Source: Marsupella aquatica (Eukaryota; Plantae; Marchantiophyta). Taken from it: 64,000 nt of DNA. The notes below the pieces were generated by a model, which was not told where the DNA came from, did not search any database, and was given only the letters and a program-made list of their open reading frames with translations. The position numbers and the translations under genes are program-made. Shown one piece after another: positions 26,881 to 39,098 of the stretch. The stretch spans positions 5,163,976 to 5,227,975 of the forward strand of contig OZ316897.1 in the NCBI GenBank assembly GCA_973895155.1, in the 5' to 3' direction. The number at the start of each line of letters is the position of its first letter. Positions within the stretch are counted from its first letter, which is position 1.

Positions 26881-29757
26881 TTGGTTTCGGATGCAACTTG
26901 GGAGGAGCTGCCGAGTGAACACAAAGTGGAGGAGCACGCATTGGAGGTCGAGGCTATGGAGGGGAATGGCACGGCTGGGGGGGAGGAGACGGAGCAGCCA
27001 GGGTGGGTGGAGATGGAGCAGGGCCGTCACAGCAGATCTCGGACATTATGGCAGAGATTTTCAAGAGGCAAGCAGGCCTGTCTGCTGAAGCTGCGGCCAT
27101 AGCAACTCAATTGACCCAGGGCCTGATTGACGAATCCAGGCAATCCGCCATAAGTGAAGTAGAGAAGGCTTTCATGGAGAGGCTAGAGAAAGGAAAGGAG
27201 AAAAAAAGAAAGAGGAAGGAGGAGAGGAAAGGCAGGCCAGTGGAGGCCCTCTCACCACAAGAAAGAGAGAAGAGGCTTAGAAAGGAGGCTCGAGCTGCAG
27301 AGAGGGCAAGGATTGAGGAAGAGAGGCTACGAGCAGAGGAAAGGGCCAAACGGCCAAAATTGTTCATTAATAAGGGAGGAGCTCCGATGACAAAGAGCTA
27401 CAATTTGTTCAGAAGTCAGCTAGGGCAGGTGTTGAGGGCAAATTTCAGCCCCTTAGACTACTGGGGGAAGAAGAAAGAAGAGGAGAAATTTCAACCAAGG
27501 GAGCAAGTAAAGGAGCGATTCTGTAATGGCTGCTTCCTGGATGATTGATGGCTGAATAAGAAGATCTCACGTTCACTTGCAGATAGACGTAATAATGTGA
27601 GAGAAAAGATGAGGAAGTACCTGGCAGATTGTAAGGAGGAGGCAGAGGTGATCAGGCAGAGAGATCCCCCGGATGAGATACCAGCTGATGCCTGGTCTGC
27701 TTGGATTGATGCTGAGCTACACGTTCGTGCTTGGCAAGCGAGACGTCACTAGCAGGCTGAGCTCGATGAGGCAGAGAAGAGGGTCCTTTCAGGACAGACT
27801 GTTGACATCCCCCTCCTGCAGCAAAACTTAATGGAATGGGAGGCCAAATTAGCACTTCTTGGAGACCCTCCACTTTACATTCAAAATGCAATTGAGAGGG
27901 TGGAGAAGAGACCTGCAGTTACTCACCGAATGGGGCAGGGTGGAGCGCATCGTCTCAAAGCAGAGTTTGTAAGTCCTCTGCTCCCCTCCTCCTTGCTCGC
28001 CTCCTTGCTGAATTTTCACCTTGAAATTGGGTCCTCCCTCTCCTTGATCACCTCAGGCACAACCTTGGCTATGCCTGCATAAGTCCTCCCAGACCTCCAC
28101 TCTTATCCCTGTGCGTTTGTTATCGAGCCTGTATCGCAAGTTTTGATGTGTCCTTATTTTTTTCTGTTTCTGATTCTATTCCGATTGCTGAAGAGTCGGA
28201 AATAGAGTGGGACTCTCTCTTATGGGTTTTGGATGCAAGGCTTCCGATTATGGTCCGATTACCTGAGAATCGGACCCTGCATCGGACCTTAGGTTTTGGG
28301 GTTTAGGGTGGAGGGGTCCGATTAGGGAAGCATCAGAAAAATTCAAAATTTTGAATATTTGACTGTTTTAGGCCACGCCGGGGGGTTTGTTTTTTTTAAG
28401 GAGTGCTGGGCTTAGGTTGTCGTTGCTTTTTGCGATAGTTAGGCCACGATAATAAGGGAGTATTTTATATAGGCAGAGTGGGTAGTGATACCCATGAGTT
28501 GAAAGGGATGTGGGGCTGTTAGGGAATTTTTCTAAGGAATGTGTGGGGCTAGGTAGGGATTATTATTCATTAAGTAATGTGGGGGATTTGGTAGGGATTA
28601 ACTTTTAAAATAATGTATTTCAAGTAATGGGGGGTTTCAATTTTATTCTCATTTGTCGGGGAGGGGGCTTAATTATTATCTTGAGTATGGTGCAGGAGCG
28701 AGAGCATGGACGCCCAATCTTGCCACCTGAGAGAGAGTTGGCTAAGAAATTTGGAACGCGGGCTCTGAAACTTCACATGCAGGACGAGTTGGGGTCGGTA
28801 AGTATATGCACAATTGAAAACCATATTTCTAACCTTTGAATGCAACATGGTTATAATCACTCCCTTGTAGGTCATTTTCAACACTAACACTTGGGTTCAT
28901 GGTTGCTTACATGTATGTAGGAGTCAAATGAGGAGTCGGAGGGTTTGGACTCAGCCGAGGAGGGTTTGGGGGCCTCAGATTCAGAGTCTGAGGCTGAGGC
29001 TGAGGCTGAGGAGGGGAGTGTGGCACCCACCCCTGTTCGCTTGATTGGCGGCACATCCCGAGGGACTCAAGGTAGTCATTCCAGACGGAGGACTGATGGT
29101 GATGTAGGTGGCCATAGAGCAGCAGGAGGTAGTGGGGGTGCTACAGTTGCTGGAGGTGGTGTTGGGACAGGTGGTAGTGGGCGCCGGGGCGGTTTTGATC
29201 GATCTGCAGGTGCTGGTGGGCGGGGTAGTACTGGGGCCCATAGTGGTTCTCACAGGCCCGGGTCTGGTGGGGGGGTTGGTAGTGGGCCCCATGGTGGTTC
29301 TCGCCGCCATTCAAGGGTTGTTGGCGGGAATGGTTCTCGCCGTTCAGGGGCTAGTGGTGGAGGGGCTAGTGGGGGTGGGAGCACTGCTCGTGGTCATTCA
29401 GGGGCCAACAGGGTGAGTGGGACTGCAGTTGGTGGCATTGGTGATGGGACTCCATCTCACCAGTCAGGGGCTAGTGGAGGTGCAGGGTCTCACCACTCTG
29501 CAGCCCAAGGGGGTAGTGGAAGTGCATCATTTCATACTTGCTCCGATGCTGGGGGTGTTGCAGTGCCTTCTCATGACTTAGAAGGTGATGTTGGTGATGT
29601 TGGTACCGCGATAGCTCCAAGCACCACAGCTGCAACTGGATCTCATGTTGTCATTGATAGGGTCCTAGGGTTAGTGCCAGATGCCACTACCCAACCAGAG
29701 AGTTATCGCCCTCGTGCCAAGAAGAGGAAGGGACGACATGCACCAAAATATGGATAG
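26881..29757 (+). pseudogene. CACTA TnpA-like second gene (degenerate; introns ~27968-28695 and 28798-28920)
   Basis: Coiled-coil region, THRMGQGG motif reminiscent of Ptta/En/Spm TnpA, Gly/Ser-rich tail and basic C-terminus; lies inside the CACTA TIRs. Confidence 0.55.
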
Positions 29758-30669
29758 GCCAGGTAGCTTAACATAGGACCATTTGTAGGTAGGCCGCGAT
29801 ACCATGCAGGTTGAGATGGATTATACACCTGTACATGTAAAGGTTGTACTTTCCATGCTAGAGGAGGCCATCCTCTGTTGTATATATAATGGCAGGGGTT
29901 TTCCCCCTTTTGAGTCTCACTACCATTCTTGCTACCCATGCTCACTTCCATGCATCCCAACATGGTAACCCCCACACCCCCAAAATTAATAATCGGAAAT
30001 TTTACCCCTTCAATTATCCGATACTCCTCCGATCTTAAAACTATCGAAATGTCCGATTCTCTAAAACTCGGAATTTGCCATCCCCAGAGAATTGATCTTT
30101 CCGATACCCTCGATTACGGTCTTTCCGATACTTCTAGTAACGGTATTTCCGATCTTTCTAACGACGGTATGTTCGATACTTTTATTTACGGTCTTTGTGT
30201 AACCTTTTGCTATGCAATATGCGATATTCAGAGTTACCCAAAGTCTGATTCTTTAAGTATCGGAAGTGTATCAGAAACACTCAGCTTTTGGGCCGGCCCC
30301 CTCTTCCATTTCCGATTTGCAGAACATTGGACGACTGCTTTTCCGTTATTGTTGAGTACGCAAAGTGCATTAATTTGTGTATCGCAAAGTCCGATTATCT
30401 TCTGATTGTCGTTATCCGATGGGTTGAGAGTCGGAATTTGCGATACGGTTAGAGTCGGATGAGATGTTTTTCTTGGAAAATTTTTACAAAGGGATCCGAA
30501 GGTGTCCATATCGGAAATTGGCCTCATAATGTACTAGTGATGCCTTTCCTTGATACCTTGTGACCGAGTAGCACACCTTCCGTCACTCCAAAGAAACATT
30601 TATCAGGGTGTAGCTTGAGGCCCCACCTCCCTACATCTCATGAAGGTCTTCCTGAAGTATTTAGCATGT

Positions 30670-31993
30670 TGTGACGCCGCCAACATGGTTGGTAATGAGT
30701 AATCCGGCCTAATCCATGCTGAGCATGCACAAAGAGGACTTAGTAGTCCGTAGTTATTAGCGTAGCAACACAAAATTAGTTAGTAATGATGAATAGGACA
30801 AGGTTAGTCAATAAAGAACATTCATGCTTGGGCTGGCAGTGTAGCACCGACCATACCACCAGATTACAATCTTGTTATGACCGTCTACCTTGGATCCGTA
30901 TAACTGATCTGGGAGGCGGCCCTTTGACACGCCTTGACCCGAACCTACAGAGTGGCCGGTACACTGTAAGTGTGAGGGACTTGGCCTATCAGAAGCAGGA
31001 GGGGCCAATCGGTTGACACCCCACAAGGGTATAAAAGGTGGGCTCCTCCCCATCTTGTGTCACTAGTGCACTCCGTGCGCCAACTTTGATCCTAGCTCTT
31101 ATGTTTTTCCTTTAAGCAATCCAACACACCTCGCCATATGTCTGTCACGGTTATGTCCAGTTTTGCCATTCGCTTTTGGTTCCAATTTATGGGTATTCCA
31201 GACGAGGTCTTCAAGATCCCGGGCACAGTGGACTTGCAGCGTCATCACTTTGACAACATACCCGCCTAGGTGCAGTCCTTCCTTGACTATCGGTTTGGCA
31301 GTCCAAATTCGGGCGGGTTGTCAATTCTAGCATTGCTTGGCTTCCCATCCAAACTTTTGGGTTCTATGGTGCCCCCTCCGGCTACTCTTGCAGCCAACTT
31401 GCCAACACCGACACAAACACCACCTCGGCCTTCATCAAGCCATTTCCCACCACCGGTCACACCGCCTGCTCGGGTATGATCCATGGTAAACGCGGTAAAC
31501 CTTAGCTCAGAAGACAAGGAGGCTCATCCACCCCTTTTCCGGAGGCCACCAGGGATGCACCAAAACAGACCGGGTAATACATCGCCGCCCGCACAAGCCC
31601 GAATCCGAGGGGCGGTCTCGGGGGACAACACAATGATGGTTGCGGCGCCGACACCAGTTCTAATGGCAATAGCACTACCCCTGCCGAATAGGAAAGATGG
31701 GGAGGTGTCCCCTTCTACGAGCCATCCCAAGAACCAATCTTGGGGAAGGAAGAGAAAGGAGCCGACTGCAATATCCGACTTACCCGTGGCCACCGTCGCA
31801 GTGGCCAAGTTGACCATGCATCGCATGGAGGAGAATGTTTACAAGAACATCCTCCATCCAAAGCATGTGGCTTACCTAATGACCCAAGGTTTTGAACACC
31901 TCGTTGCCCCGCCGCCCCCCCCCCCCCTTGGAACACTTGCAGGTACTACGGGCAAGATAGAACGCAGTTCATCCAGAACTTTTTGCCAACAAA
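30670..31993 (+). mobile_element. Probable LTR (~30670-31148) plus degenerate internal fragment of a further retroelement
   Basis: Starts TGTGAC where the Gypsy pol breaks off; TATAAAAGG at ~31030; GTCAC at ~31148. The downstream ORF is cut at 31994 by MULE copy 2. Confidence 0.45.
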
Positions 31994-32569
31994 GGGTATC
32001 ACCACCGTGCCAGGAAACAGGAAAATCCAAACAGGAAACAGCAAAAAGGAAACAGGAAAATATTTCAACCAAAACGTCAACAATATATCCCAAAATGTCA
32101 TGTGCAAAGAGAATATTCCATTAATAACCCGGCTGGTCAATGGGTAAAAACTCTCTAAATCCAAAGCAATGTTCACTTTCAATCATCCAGGGTCCCAAAC
32201 ATAGCGATCGACTCATAAGTGAAAACATCATAGCGCCAGGCGCTACCCAAAACTGAATACCGTAATGAAAAACAACCATGAAACATCATAGCGCTAGACG
32301 CTACTCAAAAATGAAAAAACGTAATGATACCAGTTAACAAAACTCAAGCCAAAATGATTTTTACTAAATTGAAAACATTGTGTATACACGCCGCTTCTAC
32401 TAATGAAGCACAATACAAAATTCCAAAATGAGGAGCCTAAAGTCCACCTCCAGCAATTCAAAATTATTCACCGGATCATAGATCGCATCAGCAAAACAAG
32501 TATCTCCGGGAGGCCCAAGAGTCTAACCACAAGTCTATTCAAAAATGCCGGATCATAGAAAGACCCAAA

Positions 32570-33534
32570 TCCGTCGTTGAGCCCTGCGAACTATAATCAA
32601 CCTCACTCTAACGGAGTAATCCACGGTGAAAGAACCCATTCACAAGCCTAACCTAACCCCAAAACGAAGCAGCAAGTGCACCTCCTTCAATTCCAAACTA
32701 CGAACCGGATGTGGTTCTCCTCCATGAAATGAGTAGCGCCTGGCGCTACCCAAGATCATGACCACGATGATCCTAGGATGATCCCGGATCAAACGAAGAC
32801 TCACATTCGTCGATGAGCCCTGCCTTCTTGTGTTTTGGCTTCTGTCGAAAGCCAAATGTTTGAGTTGCAACGTACCGTGCACTTGGAAGCCTTCACGAAG
32901 GGCGCGATGAAGACTCAGGAAGGTTTGTATCATAGAAATTGATACGACCAAGAAATTCAGCACACGGAATTTCCACATCCCAGAAGACATTCGATGAAGG
33001 ATGTTCGGGAGTTGGATAATGAATTGAGAATCTCTCCTGAAATGGCCTCGGAGGAGAATCAGGAAGCCAAGGAATGTTCCGTTCACCTGGGCTCATACCC
33101 TCATCCGCAGGCAGTTGGAGACGATTCCTTATGTCGGAAGTCTCGGTTAGGCGACTTTCGGTGTCTGCAATCGATGTCGATGACCCAAAGTTGACCATCT
33201 GATCGGTCTGCTCCTCCGACGCTGGCACTTTCCTTTGGGGCCGCACAATGTTATCGACATTGAAACCAGGACGCTCCATATCGTCCACCGACGGTTACTT
33301 TGATCGGGTTACTCAACGCATGTAGCGCAAGAAACAACCTTCAAGCGCAGAGTATACTTTCCAAACCGCAAGAGCACAGTGTGAACAACTAGAATGAAAC
33401 TCGTATGGAGGGATTACTTGAATGTATGCCCCCTCAAAGTATCTCCATTTTTTTGATTCAACGGACATACGACCAAACCAACTCATGAGAATGGACCGAC
33501 GGGGAATATTTCCCCAACGGGTGCTAACGTTCAT
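32570..33534 (-). pseudogene. Possible third gene of unknown function in MULE copy 2
   Basis: ORFs 33534-33313 and 33288-32893 share one frame, interrupted by in-frame stops. A GTGAGT donor at ~32804 precedes a palindrome-containing segment. No recognisable domain. Confidence 0.35.
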
Positions 33535-33907
33535 TAATTTATGAACTTAACCGACAAAACTTCAACGGTAATACTACTTCCGGAAGGCATATTATTGGCT
33601 AACGCCTGGCGCTATCAAAAACAAAGTCATTTCCAAATCTTTTTCGTTCCTTGAAAATTCTGAAAGTTTAGGGTTATTTGGTTAACGCCAGGCGCTATAC
33701 AAATACGAGTCACCCAGAGCATGTCCCAAAAAGATTCTGAATTAATAGTCTCTGGCATGAAGCTAGGCGCTAAAGTGAAATATTGAACTTTCATATTTCT
33801 CCAAGCTCACTTGAGAACATAATATACCAACTTGACTACAAATATTTGTTCATGTCTGAACATTTATATACGATGGAATTGATACAAATGGGGTTCTCAT
33901 AACTGAT

Positions 33908-36900
33908 CTACTCAAATGACTCTGTCTCACTACTATCGGATCTATCGGTTGACTCCGCCTCGTCGTCCACAAACTCACTCCGGCACATGTCATCCACGAA
34001 TTTGTTCACCAAAAACTTCCTATCAGAACCTCTTCTAAGTCTCAGACCTTTTGTTTCCCAAGATAATGTCCGAGACCTCTCTACTTTTCGGGCGGCTTTC
34101 TCAGCATAGGATGGGAGAATAAATGGTTTTTCTGGTGTAACCTCCATAGCTTCAGCGATCGTTTTCCGGAGTTCAAACCTTCTCTGCGTATTCCACTCCG
34201 ACCTAAAAGTTTCATCCATATTAAAACAAACACTAAGTTTACCAAAAATATGTTGCTGAAAATAGTCGTACATTTGGAGTGAGCTTACGAGCATTACTCA
34301 GAAGACTCCTCATCCTCGGAATCACTTTTTGATCCCGAGGGATTTCTTTTCTCTGCCTCGTCGTCTCCTAGATTGACAACTGGAATCTCTTCTTCATCAG
34401 ATTCCCCAGCAACATCCAGCTTGCTCTCTTCGGAATCAAAGTTCAAAATTGATCGTACTCTGTCCAACTTCTCTTTCCCTTTCCTTGACAATCTCTTCTC
34501 TGGAGTCAAAGTTGACTCAACGTTGAAGCCGTGACAAACTCTGTTCGCCCTTCCACCCCAACAACAAATCTACCACAATAGTCTCCCGCCACGAATGAAC
34601 TTCCTGAGCAACAGGTCCAGTCGATCACAATATCCCCTGGACAAGAGATGATCTCTATAACAGACTGCATAAAACCAACTGTGAGCCTCCCATTTCCACA
34701 AGCCACAAGTTCTGGTATTGGATCCAACTTTAAAGACGGAAGTCCGATCAGATTTGTAATTGAAGGATCTTCGGAAGGCGACAATGGACGGAACTTGGGA
34801 TCTTTTGGTATTGTTGATTTTCGCAAAACCCGACAGAATATATCCAACCGTAGCGTGAAGATCTACAAAACAATAGAATAGTAAGACCATGAAACAAAAA
34901 GACACAGATTAGCGCCTGGCGCTGGCCAAAATTAAAGAGATACAAGATTAGCGCCTGGCGCTGGCCAAAATGAATGATACAAGGTTAGCGCCTGGCACTG
35001 GCCAAAATGAATGACATTAATTACCTGAGTGTCAGACTTAGGTTTGTACATAGGAAACCCCATGACAACTGTATACGATGCAATACAGTCGAACTTTTGC
35101 GACTGCTGGCATGCAGATATCACTTCCGAAATCTGGTCATATTCTCCAGTGTGAAGAATAGCCAGAAGTCCGTCGTCCGATGGGAAAGGGTCCATTGCGC
35201 TAAAGAAAGCCCCAGGGAGAGAGTGGTCTTGCACATTCCATTTCGGGACTTTCTTGTCCAAAAGTGATGGCCTCAATCCGGTAGGCAAATACAGAAATCC
35301 TGCATCCACACCAAATGTCCTAACTTTTCCACCTCTAATAACCCCCTTTGATCGAGAACCCGACTTCAAAAGATTCTTTCCCCAGGTTTCTACCTGAGAA
35401 ACCCAAGATGGCTTCTCTTCCTTTTGAAACACACTATCGTAGAACTCTGCCAAGGTAGACTCCACGAATGTGTGCCTGGTTTTATTTCCCTTGAAGTCCC
35501 CCACATTCCTCTGTAAACCAGTCACCACAAGCGTTTCCCTATGAGACCCACCGGAAGTAGAAACGTGACGTTTCTTCTTCTTCCTAGTGCTGGTGGCATC
35601 CATTGGCGGAGCACTCACATCTTCCGGGGTCTCCGACCCCTCTGGTCGATCCTCATCCTTCCCAAGACTGTTGTCACGAGAAGGCTCCGGAGTTGCAGTC
35701 AAAGCATTACCCGACACCAACCCCGCATCTGATTTCCGAGATCCTGCTAGAGAAATTGTTATATTAATAATAGCGCTTGGCGCTAGCAAAATAGAAGACT
35801 GAAAATTACGAAGATTTGAAGCTACCAAATTAGGAACTCACTTTTTTTGGTCTCTTTTTGAGATCCACTTGGGGTTGTTTCTTGCTTGGGTTTTGCTCTT
35901 GGTTTTTGACTCCTTGCAACTTGGACGACTTGCGTCTCACAAATCCGCTGGAGCTCTATCGCCGAGAGATCAATCTCGGCATCAATTCCCTGCTTCATCT
36001 CTGACAAAATGTTTCTAGGCTCCAAATTCTTTGATAACTTGTGAAAAGCATCTTTCTCTATCTCATCAAACGGTGAATTCCACTTGTCTGTGTCAAGATA
36101 CCACGGACAATGCACAACCTCCCACTTTGCCATTTTCCTTGGGGGAAACTTTCCCTCCGGTGGGTACATGGTGTACCCAAGAAAGTCTCCAGACACTTCG
36201 GACCTCATATTCACAACGGCCCATTTCTGGAAGGCACCAGGATAAGCCCAGAAATAGCCCGGGTCACTCCTCTCCATTTTCACATAGTATCGATACAAAT
36301 ATCTCTTGGCTCTCTTGCGGTTAACTTCACTCAAATCCTCCTTGTCAGCGTACTTGGACTCCCAAATAGTGTTGAAAAACTTGGCCCTTACGGAATCCCC
36401 ATACTTTCTAAAATCATCTACAATCAAAGCCTTCAACTTCTCAAAGGGAATCAGTTCTCCACCAAGTGTTGTAAGACGTTGTTCGGTGCATGAACCCATA
36501 GCCTCCTTCAAACATGCCTCGAGGAGAGCAGTTGCTATCCCCTCAATCGTGTTCCAAACATCCTAGGTGTGGCACCACTGCTTCACAGGGTCGTCCGATA
36601 CTCCGAGCGGATGGAAAAACTGTTTCCTTAACTCGGGAGTACAATGTGCAACAAGCAATGTACTTCGCAATTTTGGATCTAATGCCGAATTGGCAGTGAA
36701 CAAGCGAGCTCTATCCATGGTGCAGAATACAGCTTCAGGTACCTTTTCATGTTTGAGTCGATCTGTAAGACAATACATCTCAGCGCAAGTGTCCATGAAA
36801 TCTTCAAACTCTGGGCTCAGCAAGGAAGTGAGCTTCGGAGTTTTCACAGTCCACTCCTTAGTGGCTTCCTTCATCATCTGACTATGACAAAGATTTGTCT

Positions 36901-38025
36901 CTTCGACCGACCATGGAGCGCCGGAACTGCTCGCCTGGTTCTTCATCACCTGAAATTGCTGTGAGTATGATTTGATCTTGTTTTCACACAAGATGTATAC
37001 CAACGCCTCCATCGGCATCTTCTTGGTAAACCGGGAACCCTTTCGGGTTCCTTTCCTGGTCTTCTCGAATTTTGCATAATTTGCCTCATCAATTATGGGT
37101 TTGTAGTACTCGAGATCATGAGCCAAAATCCTCCTGATTCTGTCCGCATCCAAAATCCAAGAAGACTCTACCACTGCCTGTCCCGTCCTGTGAAATTGAG
37201 GATATTAGAAATAGCGCCTGGCGCTAACCTAACAATACAATCTGAAAAAGGGAGAAATTGTCGAAGGGAAACAATAAAATTTGAGAAGACTAGTCGGTGG
37301 TGAAAGAAAACTCACTGGTTAACAATATGCATCGCTGCCTCAATCTCGATGATTGATGCCTTCTCTCCTTTGAAAATTGTGCATTGCACGCGAGGATGAT
37401 ACTTAGGATTCTCTGGACTCTCATTTGTGACTTGAGTCCACGAAAACAACCGATGATTTCCATCAAAAACATAGAACATTTTGTCCTTGAGGACGTGGAA
37501 AGCGGGGTCTGATTCACATTCCGCTTCGAACAAGTCATTCTCCATGATCCAAAGAGGATCCCAAGTACCGCGAATTTTGTCTGTACAAATCTGAGGATTA
37601 CCTTCAGCGTTGGATGGTTGAACGAAAAAGTGCATGCCAATGGACGAATTGTATCCAGATGTCCGGAACGAGTCCTTCAGCTTCTCAATCGATTGACTGT
37701 TCCTCTGAAGAGTGCGCACAACCTCCATGTGAACGAGACGATATAAAGGAATTCTTGGAGGCTCCTTTGGTAACCCATTCACATCAACTCCAAACGACAT
37801 CACGTGCTTTTCAATGACATCGACCACCGATTTCTCAATGTCATCGACATTCTGAATGGCAAACTCACCAACATGTTCCATTTTCAATCGCCTCAGTTTT
37901 GGACAGGGAAGCTCAACTTGACTGAGAGGATACTGCGTTGTGGAACGAGTTACTCTTCGACTTGAAACACAACTGGAATACGATGACTCTGAGGACTGGG
38001 AATGGTTTGGCGACCCAGACCCCAT
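33908..38025 (-). pseudogene. ParB/Srx-domain plus degenerate beta-class N4/N6 DNA methyltransferase-like fusion gene (MULE copy 2); exons 38025-37316, 37187-35842, 35743-35025, 34862-~34294 (possibly to 33908)
   Basis: ParB-like VVRTLQ...YVFDGNHRLFSW; three phase-compatible GT-AG introns; C-terminal GVDAGFLYLPTG ... PSDDGLLAIL ... IEIISCPGDIVIDWTCCSGSSFVAGDYCGRFVVGVE. Premature TAG at 36563 where copy 1 has TGG. Confidence 0.75.
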
Positions 38026-38753
38026 TTCGATATACTCTCTCAACTACGATGCGGAGATTTTTGCCGTTCAATTTCGTTTCGTACGGGATTTTGTTTGGGA
38101 GTTCGTACGCTTAATCGTGCGGATTCTCCTTACACGCATCCCTCAACGACACCAACGCAAATGAGAAGAATCTGCCTCAGCAAGAACAATTCCAAAGGAA
38201 GCAAAGTACCCTAAATGTACGACGACTGGACTTCTGGCGGCATGTGAGTCGGGGGACGTTGGACACCTGGAGCGAAATGCACCGTTGATTAAATCTGGGA
38301 CTGACCAGATCACCCTATTCATTAAAAGTGTATTTTATTTTGTTCGCTTTTAGGCCTCTAAATGTTCACTTTTTGATCTCTAAATGTACACTTTTTAAAC
38401 CCAAAAGGTACACTATGGTATAATACTCTATACCTAAATGATCAATTGTGAACTTGAGGTGACAAAAATGATCTTGACTAGTTCTAGGAGTCTCATCCTA
38501 GTTCATTTACAAAGGATGAATATGGTGGTATATCTGATGGCCATCAACTTTGTTTCTTGCCTAGTTGTACACTTTTTGAAGGCCAAATGTACACTTTTTA
38601 TTGCCCAAATGTTCATAAATTGAATAATAATTCACTTTTAATGAATAGATTGATCCAGTAGACCTCATAGTTTGTTAAGAGGTATCCGTTTAAGTTACCG
38701 TTCACCTGCTACTTCCATAAATATTATACTCGAATCGACTAAAATGTCCGTTG

Positions 38754-39098
38754 AAGTTACCGTTGAATAGCGAGTCGTTATTAGATAGCGCCCGACGCTA
38801 TCATTGGCGTCCGTTGTGAAGGTTCCTTGAATCTAACATGAACATCATATTTAGCACACAAGTTTTTACTAGCGCCAGGCGCTAGTAAAAACTGGCAGTC
38901 TAGACCCTTCAAAATTTCACTCTAAGTTACCGTTGAATAGCGAGTCGTTATTAGATAGAGCGCGGCGCTATCATTGTCGTCCGTTGTGAAGGTTCCTTGA
39001 ATCTAACATGAACATCATATTTAGCATAGAAGTTTTTACTAGCGCCAGGCGCTAGTAAAAACTGTCAGTCTAGACCCTTCAAAACTTCACTCTAAGTT
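38754..39098. repeat. 170-bp tandem duplication in the divergent intergenic region of MULE copy 2
   Basis: AAGTTACCGTTGAATAGCGAGTCG... starts at 38754 and 38924. Each unit carries two palindrome sites, one extended to 33 bp. Confidence 0.9.

Larger units (their letters stand above)
19432..30539. mobile_element. Complete CACTA (En/Spm) DNA transposon, 11.1 kb
   Basis: TIRs CACTAGTACATT...AATGTACTAGTG; 3-bp TSD ATG (19429-31 and 30540-42); dense TCCGAT/ATCGGA subterminal repeats; TnpD transposase inside. Confidence 0.95.
18540..30669 (-). mobile_element. Degenerate Gypsy pol fragment (RT end, RNase H) interrupted by the CACTA element
   Basis: VQSFLGCIGYYRRFIKDFAKLA and YVDVSG...NYSTIEREALGVIY...ARWILLLQEF. 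The sequence GVLLGHKVSRKGI (30540-30580) rejoins EIDK (left of 19431) once 19432-30539 and one TSD copy are removed. Confidence 0.85.

Noticed and set aside
28945-29757. Stand-alone glycine-rich protein gene
   Set aside because: It has an upstream splice acceptor (28920) and lies within the CACTA element; it is better explained as the last exon of the TnpA-like gene.
33908-38043. Bacterial or phage contamination as the source of the ParB-MTase gene
   Set aside because: The gene has GT-AG introns conserved between two copies and is nested among plant retrotransposons.
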